Below are positions 26,101 through 38,100 of a stretch of DNA of 64,000 nucleotides, piece by piece (position 1 is the first letter of the stretch; each line of letters starts with the position of its first letter). Made by a program: the position numbers and the translations under genes. The stretch is from Antedon mediterranea. Its lineage: Eukaryota > Animalia > Echinodermata. The notes below the pieces were generated by a model, which was given only the letters and a program-made list of their open reading frames with translations, searched no databases and was not told where the DNA came from. The DNA lies in the NCBI RefSeq assembly GCF_964355755.1, contig NC_092679.1:4122201-4186200 (forward strand). The letters run 5' to 3'.

Positions 26101-29100
26101 TTGTCGCGCTTATTTCTGCCTCATCAGCACTTGACGAATTGTTGTTAATAAAGGTTGATACAAATTCATCGAGTTCAACAACATCTTCATAACTTGCTGT
26201 ATCTTCTGAAAAATATTTTAAAGCAATCAATTCAGTCGTTAAACAGTCGTAGAACCCTTGGCAGTCCGTCAGACCACTGGAGTTATAAGTATACGTGTCC
26301 ATTACAATTTCCCATTTAGTTAGAACATCACCATCAAGTAATATTTTTGTGTTGTTTGCTTTCATCTTTGCTGAATCAATAACTTTTGTTAAAGCATTTT
26401 GTTCAACTCCGTCATATTGATCGGCATCTTCTAAATCATCCATAGTCAAGTTGAAATACAGTAATGCACTGCTATTTATAACACGTGGTGTCGTTGATGA
26501 TAGATTGTACAAATAGTCATTTTGAAACTTCTCTTCATTTTCTAACGCATCAGTATTAGCGGCTTTGCTGATATTGACAATCTCTAGCAGCGTTTGAAAT
26601 GAACGTTCAATAAAACCCAGTATGTTGTTATAGTCTACGCACCTCTCTTCATTTTGAACGACTCTTTGATCTCTCTGAAGACTGCTGGTAATGTTGAGAT
26701 CTAGTGAGTCGTTGGTTAGAGTATAAGATATTGTTTGCATAGGTGGTTGTTCAATGATGGTAGTAGTATCGCGTTTCTTTCGAAGTCCAATATGTCTCGT
26801 GTCTCTTTTTCTTCTAATTGATCTTGATATATCACCAAACAGTTCTTCCGTAATGAAGAGTGCAGCATTTTCAATAGTGTAATTCAAATTGTTGACGTCA
26901 ATGAACACTTGAATCTGTACTGGAGTGGATGACAGCGTTAAGGAACAGACTATTGGAATGGTAGTAGTGTCTTCTTCAACTAGATCAATGTTAAATTGTA
27001 ATTCTTCTAACTTTAAACTTTCTTCGAGTGATCCGTTGATTTGGTGTTGCTTTATGATCAGCCCTGCTTCAACATCGTTACGTATTTTGATCAATGCATC
27101 TTGAGTATTGTTGAGATTTCTCTGTAGTGCCAACACTCTGTCTGATACTACCTGATGTTTGTTCAATGCATCATCAAGTTCGATTACAGCTTCATTCAAT
27201 GCTGCTTCGGCAACTGATGCAAGTAAAACAGCATTATCGAACTCTTCAATTGGTACAGCGAGGTCAGGTGTTAATTCTTGTATTAAACCAAATAATTTAC
27301 TTCGTTGTATTCGGCATTGTTCGTTACTGTTAACACAATCTCCATCCGACATTTTTACACTACAAGGAACTTCTTCTGTGTTAAATGTTGTTATCTGACC
27401 CACGAACTCATTCCTGATACAAGTGCTACAAGACTGAAACATAACTGTTATCTCAACTGGTTTTAGACACTCTTCACAGCATTCACCTTTTGTATACGAA
27501 ACTCGACTGCTCCTCTTTACTGAAGTTACTAAATTTATTGCCCCACCAAGATAGTTACCAGTATAAAAGTCGAAAGCCGCTTTAACAATTTTGACTAGAT
27601 TAAGACCAAATTTCTTAACCGCCGTTGGGATCCAACAAATCCAGCAACAACTTGTTCTCTCATTGACAACGGTTGATTCATCTCGATCACTACAACATTC
27701 ATATGGTACAGACGCATAAACATCTTCTTTATCAGTAACAATTTTACTTCCTGGTACACATACTCCACTGCATTCCTCAATTACACATACGTTGTTCAAG
27801 TTTTCTTCTAACTCCTTTGTATCGTTGCGTGCATTTTTCAAAGACTGGCGTGCACTTTCAACTGCAATGTTTGCTGCCACAACGTCTTCAACTGCAGAAT
27901 CATGTTTTTGTCTTGCTTTAACAACATTAGCATTTTGTACAGCTACCTCTTCCAAAGCATCATCTAATCTTGTTGTTGCTGTTTCAACAGACTTGGAAGC
28001 TTGGCTCAGCCTTTGTTCACTATCGTCAACTGATTTCTGAGAAATCGAAATAATTTTATTTTTGAGGATTCTTCCCAATGATAATGGTCCTTCAGCAGCA
28101 ATGTTACCATTTACAGATAGAACCATTGACTCGAATGAGCTCAATTCTGAAGTAGCATTTCCAACCATATCAAATAAGCCCCAAAGTTTACCAGAAAAAC
28201 TAAAATAGGTCTCCATCATTTTCAGTAACATAGTTGTCTCTTGTTCGATTCCAAGGAGCTCGACATACACTGGAATACTTCCTTGCCAGTAGTTGTTGCT
28301 GGATTCAAATGTTAAACTCAATTGCGATCCAGTCTTGATACGGATGAACTTATTGAGAATCTTAGTACTAAAGTACTCTCCTGATATCCAGACGTTCTGT
28401 GTGTACAAAACTTCTACCTCTAACGATGGAAAGCAAAGAAATGATGACAGACAAACTTCGGAGAACAGGCGAAAACCTGACCCAGAAGTGCTTTCATAAG
28501 CGAAAACATGTTGTACTTCAATAAGAACTTGATTGCTGAGATTCTCTAATCGTCTGATCATATTTAGAACATCGCTTGGATGGGAATTGCTAAGCAGTAC
28601 ATCATTGACATTCCAGAGAGTTGTTAAAGTTAGTTTAGACTGCATACGTATTTCAGCCAAAGAGTTGGAAATTAGTTTCAAATCTTGCTGAGATAACGAT
28701 GGGAAATAATTTTTAATACTGGCACTCAAATCAGCGACTACAGATTTAAGATCATAATACAAATTATCATAGCCATCAACCATCAACTGCTCAGCCATTG
28801 CATTTAGTTGGGGTGGTAGGTTTTGTAGATCATATATAATGTCTGTCATGTTGTTAAGATCAGTCGGAAGTTCAAGCTTCGGTGACAAGTTGTAGTCCAC
28901 AAACACCTCTACATTAGACTGGTCTGTCTTAAGCAACCAGGAGAAAGGTGTGTTGTCAAAAACACCAAATGACGTCGATGATGCCATCCTTATTCCTCGA
29001 TCAGATGAAAATGACCCATCTACCAAAAAATCTAAATAGATAACAATTAACTTGATAAGATTAGAATTATTAATATTATTAGGTTATAAAATCAGATTTT

Positions 29101-32100
29101 TGTTGTAAGTCGTAGGATTTTATGATGCAGTAAAAACTCACCACCAATGCTGGAGCTCAATATCGGAAGATTCGCTTGATTTGAAATGAAGTTCAATTCT
29201 ACGTTTTCGCCAAGCATTCTCCAGAATAGGCTAATTTCTGAATCTCCAAATTGCTGCAACTTCCAACGTTGTACAAATAGATGACTAAACAGCTGATGAG
29301 ATAAATCACCTTTTTTTACGCACAGAAAATGTTATACATCTTCCAAATTGATAAAAAAGAAATAGGCCTATAGGGTATGCGTGTGTACTTTAGGCCTACG
29401 TATGTGTACTTTAGGCCTACTTATATACGATATTGCATATTTAAATTACAAATTGCTTATGTTCACTCCACCCATGAATAAAAAAATGTAAAAAATACAA
29501 AATACCTGTGTAATATTATCGAGCGAAACGTGGATATCCCCACTACCTTCGACTTTTGCAGACACTGTGTTGTTGATATAGTAAGAGTATTGTAGATTGG
29601 CCAAAATGTTGACGTCGTCCTCATTGTTTTTATCACTTGGATCGAACAGAGAAGACTGAAATTGTGAATTATCAATTTTCCCTGGATTGAGTATATCAGA
29701 TTTTGAAAACGCAAAGAAATTCACCGATACTTCAAGAGAATCATCAGGATTAATATCCATGACGTAACGTAGAATATCTCGTGAACCTTCTGGAAACACC
29801 ATCATCACAGACCCAGATGTCATTTTACAAACACCCACGACAAAACAATACTTCCCTTTAAACGGCGGTACTGGCAAAGATACAAATCTGCCACCAATGT
29901 TCAACTCTGCCTTGGAGAGTAAGAAGACAGAATACTGGCTGTCACTGGTAACGGGTGCAGATGAACACCATTCGATTGATTTTACCTCAGTACCACTAAG
30001 ACTCAGTGTTGACAAAGACGTTTTAGCATTCAACGGATTTATATCAGCAGATATAAACGTCATCCAGTCTGGCAAAATGTTTTCAAGTTGGCGGGTATAA
30101 TTGCGATACAAAGAGTTAAACTGAACAAAGCTTTGAATATTAGCCAATGTTATATCTTTACTTTGACAGTTGTCACGTGGTGATGCCGTTGTAAAACTGC
30201 TTCGAATAGTCTGTCCGTCAAGACTAAGCGGCAGTTCGAATGTGCGTGTTGCCAGTGATACAACTCCATTAGTAGTCTCCAAAGAAGGGCTATTGCTCTT
30301 TGTCCATTCCTCGGTAGAGGCATAGTCTAGTCCTGTAGGCCTACATGTGGAATGATCCGAGAGTACAAAACATCCCGATGGCAGACGAAAGCCAGGTGTA
30401 AATCGGTCGTCAACTCTTCCCTGCGTGTTGTTCTGTAACACGAATATTTCGTCGTCGCCTGGTGTAATGAAATCGGCTGCTTCTTTTCCTCTCAAAACAT
30501 ATGATATCTTGACAAACCCCTGACTATCCCCGCGAATAGAACATGTACGCTTAGTTATTTTTGAAGAAAACGATAACTCATTTGGTACAATTTCCACTTT
30601 ATCAGAATCTGTTACAATAGTTAAATCAAGCACTTCATTTGGTTTGGCAATGAATTCCAAATTATAAACTTCTCCTACCCAAACGTCTGGCCAATCAGGT
30701 GTTGTTACGAATCCGTCTGAGCATGTCTTTCCTGTATAACCAGTTCCAGAGCAGTCACATTGAAATCCACCTACCTCATTTTGCGATGCTCGACAATCGC
30801 CATTTACACACGGAGTTGGCGTGCATACCTGAATTTCTAAAATAGAACAAGTATATTATTTACTTTAAACACAACGTTTTTCAAGGTTATTGACCGTACG
30901 TTTTGAAACAATGTTGCTTACATTTATTGAATTACAATGTGTGCATGTACAACCAAAATCTTACCAATACATTTGGGAAAAGTGCTATTCCAAATGCCAG
31001 ACAGCAGACATTCTGTAACAATATTTTCTTCAAGGAAATATCCGGAATCACAACCAAAGCTACATTCACTTCCTAATAGATTCTCGCATGGAGAAAGAAT
31101 GTATCCGTTGAGGGGCGATTGAATTTCAGCACAGAGAATCTCTGTAAGATATTATAAAAGCAAGTATAACAGCTGTTTATCGCCCATTGTGGTAAATTGT
31201 TGTAATTTGTGGAAAGATACTATCTATGTGACTGTTTTATTTAAACCCAAAGCCACTGAAAGTTGGGGTGTACAGATATTCAGGGTATCTTGTCCATACA
31301 TATACTAAGAAGGTTATCGTTTATTTTTCAGAATTTAAGAATCAATAATTCAATGTCTTATGACAAACCTTCGCAGCGTGTTGTACTACCACTCCACACA
31401 CCGTTTGGTAAACATTCTCGCAAGTCGGAACCTATTAAACGATAGTTCCATTCACACGAAAAGGTGCACGTTTCTCCTGTTGTAAATCCGCTACATGTTC
31501 GATTTCCATAAAAAGGTACACCGATTTCAACGCAAGGGTTAGCTGTTGAAAAACATTATGATTGGAATTGAATAAAAATTGATCATTTTTTGTATAAGGT
31601 AACGTACTGTAGTAATATTTCTAAATTTGTTATGCCTTTTACGTAAAGTATGCCTGTACATCAAATTAGTGAAGAGCCTTTGATACATCTTACAATTATT
31701 TATTTAATTATTATGGTTACAATAAAAAGTGAAAAGGATAAGTTTAAGCAACAAATTTACTAGTTACCCGTGCAGTTTTTATTATCAGGATCAAGTGTCC
31801 ATCCATCTTTGCAATCGCAGCTGAAGCTACCGATTGAGTTGGAACAGATTTGCCCACAACCGTCTATACCAACGCTACATTCATTAATATCTGGTAAACA
31901 TAAATAAAGAGAAAATAAAATTATTGTTATTAGACTATTTTGAAAGGAAATGGAGATATTATTTAATTTGAAAGCAGAAATTGTGTGTTACTGATGCAAA
32001 AAATGTTATTACTTGTTGCAAGAGAACCAGTAACCCTCAATAGTATCTGTGAAATTGTCTGTGATTTTAGTTCTTACCTTCACAGTTGTATGAATCGTAG

Positions 32101-35100
32101 GCTTCATATCCTGTGTGACAAAGGCACTCAAAACTACCTTGTGAATTTGTACAAAAGTGACAGCTTGCGAAAGAGCATTCATTGATATCTGAAAAAAAAA
32201 ACAGTTATTAGAATATAATTTTGTGTGTGTTGTTGAACCAATACCAATACGTTCTTTAATTTTCATAAAATGTGTTCTTTATTTTTCTTTTCTCTTTGCT
32301 TTCTTCCTACGATATGTAATAGACGCTTTTAATTTTGTTATTTAGTTCTAATTTGAAGTTTTACTTCATGTGTTTTTATACCTGTGCAGTTAGTTGTCCC
32401 AGAATATCCATCTGAACAATAACATCTAAAGCTTCCAGGAAGGTTTTCACAAAAATGTTCGCACCCGGCATTGTAGAGTTCGCATTCATCCACATCTATT
32501 TAAAATAAGGAAGTATACTTAAATGTAAATAATATAATTTCGTAATGAAAGTTTAATCAAATATCTGTGAAATGCACTGTTTTTATTGCAAGACAACATT
32601 TATGAACATGTTACTGTATTCCATTCACAATACACGAACATTTCACAGAAAACAAACTGTTTTACTTTGTTTATAAACAATGCTTTTAAGGACAGTTCGG
32701 ACATTAACATGTACTGAATCCGTTATTTCATATATTAAATTCTGCCAGGACATATGTGATAAAGACGTAGTTAAGATATATCCAAATCAAAACCCATGGT
32801 TTAATAAGTCTATTTAGGATTTGATACGAAATAGAGATAGGGCTTTCAGATCAAATGATAAGGATCTATTTAGAAAATCAAAATACGAGTTAAGAAAGGG
32901 AATAAATAAAGCCAAGAGAAAATACGGCCATACTGCGTTGAAACACCGGTTCTCGTCAGATCACCGAAGTTAAGCAACGTTGGGCCCGGTTGCGTTCTGG
33001 ATGGGAGACCGTCTAGAAATCGTGGCGGGTGCTGTATATACTGGAGAGTGATGGTGTAATGGTAATATTGGACTAGCATGTGATAGGCATGGTTCGAGGT
33101 TATCTGTACCATACTAATTGCATCCTTAGGCAAGATGCTTTACTCTCATTGCCTAATCTGGTAGGCGCTGCACTGCTGGCTGCCGTGGGTCCGTGGAGGG
33201 CCTAATCCGAATTTCCTCACTGAGGACAAATATTAATACAAAATACAAAAAAATACAAAAAAATATAAAAACGGGTTAGAGGAAGATATATCTTCCGGCG
33301 ATTCCAGAGAGATATGGAAAAGATTAAATAAAATAACAAACTACAAACCAAAATCTGATAAAATTAACTCAAATGATGACCTACCCCAACGACTGAATGA
33401 TTTCTTCAGTCGTTTTGACACTTCCCCTCTCCATCAAGACACTAATTATGAAAATGGTAATGATGTCCCGTTAGTTGTTCTTGAAGAGGATACTTGTAAT
33501 GAGTTTAGTAGATGTAAGTCAAATAAATCAGCTGGTCCAGAAGGTATATCCCCTATGCTTGTTAAACATTGTTGCAAACAGATTGCCCATATTTTTACAT
33601 ACATTTTCAATTTCTCTCTTATATCTCAAATTATTCCGCGATGTTTTAAAGATTCTGTAATAATTCCGATTCCGAAACGTTCCCCAATCGAAACCCTGAA
33701 TGATTACCGACATATAACATTAACGTCGGTTCTGATGAAATGCTTTGAACATAATAGTCCTTAATTACCTGAAGGCCAAATGTCCAATATCAGTTCGCCT
33801 ATAGACCAAACCGGTCTACTGAAGATGCTGTATCGATCACTTTGCATAGGATCTTAGAGCATCTCGAACGTGATAAAAGATATGCTAGGATTTTATATAT
33901 AGATTTTAGTTCAGCATTTAATACGATTGTACCGTATAAGTTACACACTAAGATGGTTGAAATCGGTTTCGATATTTCTATATGTAACTGGGTGTTAAAC
34001 TTTTTAACTGATCGACCCCAACGTACTAAAGTGGGTACCATTATATCGGATAAGCGTATTATAAGTACAGGTGTACCACAGGGCTGTGTTCTGTCGCCCT
34101 TTCTTTTTACTTTATTTACATATGACTGTGTTACCTACTACAGTAACTGTCATATCGCTAAATTCGCGGATGATACTACCATTGTAGGTCTAATCAATGA
34201 TGACAGTGATGAGTCTGATTATCGCAACCAAGTTAAACGAGTTGAAGACTGGTGTAACGAAAACAATCTGTTCTTGAATGTATCTAAGACCAAAGAAATG
34301 GTTGTAGACTTCCGTAAATCATATATCCAATATTTATTAATGGTATATCAGTTGAGTTTGTAGAAGAATTTAAATTCTTGGGATTTTTTATTTCAAATGA
34401 TCTGAAGTGGCATATTAACACACGTAACATTATTAGAAAGGCCCAAAGAAGAATCTACTTCCTACGTAGACTTAGATCATTTGGTATAAACTCTGAAATA
34501 ATGTCTTCCTTCTATAGGTCAGTTATAGAGAGTGTCATATCGTATTCTTTAACGGTATGGTTCGGTAGCGCTACCGAAGATCAAAAGCGTGACCTAAATA
34601 GAATAGTCAAGACCGCATCGCGTATAATTGGATCTGCACAATTGCCTTTGGAGAACATATTTTCGGATCGTCGGACCAAAGATGATCAATTTCATCCGGC
34701 CTCTAGTATGTTTCAGTTGATGCGCAGCGGTCGGCGATTTCGTTCTATTAAAGCCGATAAGGCACGATTTACAAATAGTTTCTTTCCAGGAGCTATTAGA
34801 GCCTTAAACATATTATGTAGACACTTTTTTTGTAATTTTTTTGTTTTTGAGTTCGTGTTGTGTCCGTTGGATATTGTGCTCCGCCAACAGAGCAAACAGA
34901 ATTTCTATGTTTTTTCTTAAAACAAATGATAATAAATGATACTTGACTTGACTTGACTTGAAACTAAATCAAAATGAATAGTTTTTTAGTTCTATTTACC
35001 ATTTTGACATCTACTTCCGTCATATCCTTCGGGGCAGTCGCAGTTGTTAGGTCCTGTACACTGGCCGTTGTTCTGGCACTGAGGCTGACAAACGGCTGTA

Positions 35101-38100
35101 AAAAAATGGTTTTACGTAGTTTACCGGAACCGTAAAAAAAGAGAGAAAGTTCAGACAACGTGATTGTTAGAGTAAGTGCGATTACTAACGCTCACGTGAC
35201 TATACCAGGAAAACACCAATCGTAACGATAACGGTAAATTCGGACTTAACAATTTCGGATATAAAGCTATGTCACTATCAAACTAGTTTGACAAAAAAGT
35301 GTGATTTGTCCAAATATGGTAGTAATATTACATCATTATGGGCACATCACATTTTTTGTGACATGAAGTTTGACAGTGTAGACAGAGCTTTAAAATATCA
35401 TATATATGAAAACATTTATAATGGTGTACCATGTATCATGGTACATTTTTTTGTTAAAAAAAGAAGTTAACTGAAATATCGTGTGCCATTATAACAAAAT
35501 TAAGATCTTACGTATGCATTCGGTAAGCATTGAGAGTTCATATCCAGGAAGGCAACTGCATTCAAATCCACCGTAGTTGTTAGTACATATATGAGCACAT
35601 CCATCAGTGTTCTCCCAACATTCATCACCTAAAATCCAAAATTATGGCATCATAACTCATTTCTTCTTTTATATAGTCATCATTAATAATAAGATGGACC
35701 TTTTAACAATGTGAAAATGGTATAACGTTTGTTTAAACGTAGGATTTTGTACGTAACGCAACGTAAGTGATAGATTATTCGAACAATCGCGTCTGATTAG
35801 TAAACTTCATTGCGTTGCCTCTCTAGTGGAAAAATAACCAAATGCCATTTTCTCATTGACGTATAGTATTATACTTACGATCATCACAAGCATCTCCTAC
35901 ATAAAAATCTTGACATTCACAATGATCTGGAGCCGTGCACTCTCCTTTAGCACACAGTGGAGTACAAGTAACTAGAATTATGAATTACATTGTTAATGTC
36001 GAAAATCGATTATGAACAATATAATGATATTTTATTGGTTTTCATGACTGCAAACTTTGGAAAACTTGGCATTTTCTCGAGTTTGGAAACAAAAGTTCGC
36101 CAGTTTACACTATAGTTTTAATTCACGGGAAACCATGTTGTTGACAGTCAGTATAATGATAGTTTACTACGTACCTTCACAGTCACGCCCATTTGGTGTC
36201 AACACATATCCCGTGTTACATTGACAATAGTAACTTCCAGCTGTGTTCCTGCAATGGTGCTCACATCCACCATTGTTATCCGCACATTCGTTGATATCTT
36301 TAAAAAAGTAAAAATATTATAGGGTTTAACACATTTTTTTTTCTTGGACACACCTCATTGAATGTACACAGTAATACAAGTCTAATACAGTATTAAAATA
36401 AAAAGTGTAGTACAGTATTAAAATAAAAAGTGTAGTACAGTATTAAAATAAAAAGTGTAGTACAGTATTAAAATAAAAAGTGTAGTACAGTATTAAAATA
36501 AAAAGTGTAGTACAGTATTAAAATAAAAAGTGTAGTACAGTATTAAAATAAAAAGTGTAGTACAGTATTAAAATAAAAAGTGTAGTACAGTATTAAAATA
36601 AAAAGTGTAGTACAGTATTAAAATAAAAAGTGTAGTACAGTATTAAAATAAAAAGATGCTTAATGTTAATGTTCTCTGTCAAGATTTGACCTCATTTTCA
36701 TCTCATTCCTGATTTATTATACTAAACTAAAGTACTAAAGTGTATATTGCATTGTTTCAACACCTTTTAACAATCACTAATTGTGGTAATATTCAGTAAT
36801 CTATACATAGAAAATAAATTGGTAAAATTGTTTATTGTTATGCGTAACTTACCAGAACACCGTGTTCCTTGAAATCCACTGTTGCACTCACAAGTGTCAG
36901 GATCCTCGCAAGTTCCACCAACGCCACAATCATCGGGTGGGCATAGTGCTATAGTAAAGATCGTTATTTAGATAAAATAAACCACAATAGCTACTCAAAA
37001 GGTTACTGATACTGTATACATTTTACATGTGTTAGAGTAAAACAACTGTAGTAGAATGCTTTATTAAAGCCAGCCAAATTAAATTCACTTATACAATTAT
37101 ATCAAGTATTATAATTATAAACTCACGAATTGTACAGCCTCCTAATCCATCTTCAGCCCAACCACTACAGCAATAGTAGTTTGTCGAGTACACGTTCCAA
37201 TACTGGGTGCGGTATGATCGGGTATATCCACGACTTAAAGAAAATAGTATTTACACATAATCACAACAGTAATGGAAATAACAAAAAAAATGAAGAATTA
37301 ATCAATTAAAAAAAAGTATAATAACACAGTTGTTAAATAATATTATACTGTAGTTTAATTCTTTCTAAATTGCCAAAACACTATAGGCCTATATTAAGCA
37401 ATACAAACAAAAGAGTGCTAACGTGCCAAAAACATTCGATGATAGAGAAACATAGGCTTACTCGCAGCTTGGTCTTATTAAAAAAACGTCAAGTAGAGTC
37501 ACCCATTGTATTTAATAAAAAAATTGCTGCTGCCAAATTATTTCAGAAATAATGGCTACTCATCTGACAAATTTCACATTTAGGGTTGCTGAGAATGACT
37601 TTCCTTTTACGCTGCCTTTTTGTTGAAGTTGTGAACACACAAAACACAACTCGAAATGTTAGAAACTTCAGAGGTCTATTTAGTCAATCCAGGTCAATAT
37701 CAAATAATCACTATAAAATAGTCACTCATTAAAGACATACTTAATGTGTTTATTTCTTTAATTTACTTACCCATATGTTGTGCAGCGGAACAAGCCGAGA
37801 AAGCCACAACTCGTGGAACCTGTAGTTTGATGAGAGACTGAGTAGGAGACTGCACGTGAATGTCGAACAGATTCTTGCCTACTGCAGACATTGGCACTAA
37901 AATAATGTAATTTTGTTACTCAAGTGACGTTTTTTTTTTTTTTATTTGAAAACTTTAGTACAGATACCGTATTATCGGATTGAATTATATCCGTTTCCCT
38001 TTGGACACTCCAAGGAATAGAAGGATATGCATCGATGGTGACATCAAACGATTTTTCAAAGCATAGGGTACTACTATTTACACACAATTTGTATTAAATA

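Larger units (their letters stand above)
32679..34960 (+). mobile_element. 5'-truncated, frameshifted Rex1/Babar-type LINE in copy 2 intron 8
   Basis: RT motifs [40 protein letters not shown] and [12 protein letters not shown]; (acttg)n tail; probable aaac TSD; absent from copy 1 (empty site ~8320). Confidence 0.9.

Noticed and set aside
25034-29026. 1330-aa ORF as a standalone or viral envelope gene
   Set aside because: It has no signal peptide or ATG start, is bounded by phase-1 splice sites that fit the flanking exons, and has no LTR, gag or pol context.
32922-33037. Functional 5S rRNA gene
   Set aside because: Diverged, lacks a terminator, continues into a SINE body and is inserted in a LINE.
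33842-34920. RT next to variable receptor genes as a diversity-generating or domesticated RT system
   Set aside because: Ordinary 5'-truncated, frameshifted Rex1/Babar LINE; no template/variable repeat pair seen.
36386-36655. Regular repeat array superficially like CRISPR (also 4231-4435 and 53060-53245)
   Set aside because: Units are contiguous with no unique spacers, there are no cas genes, and the context is a eukaryotic intron or TE.
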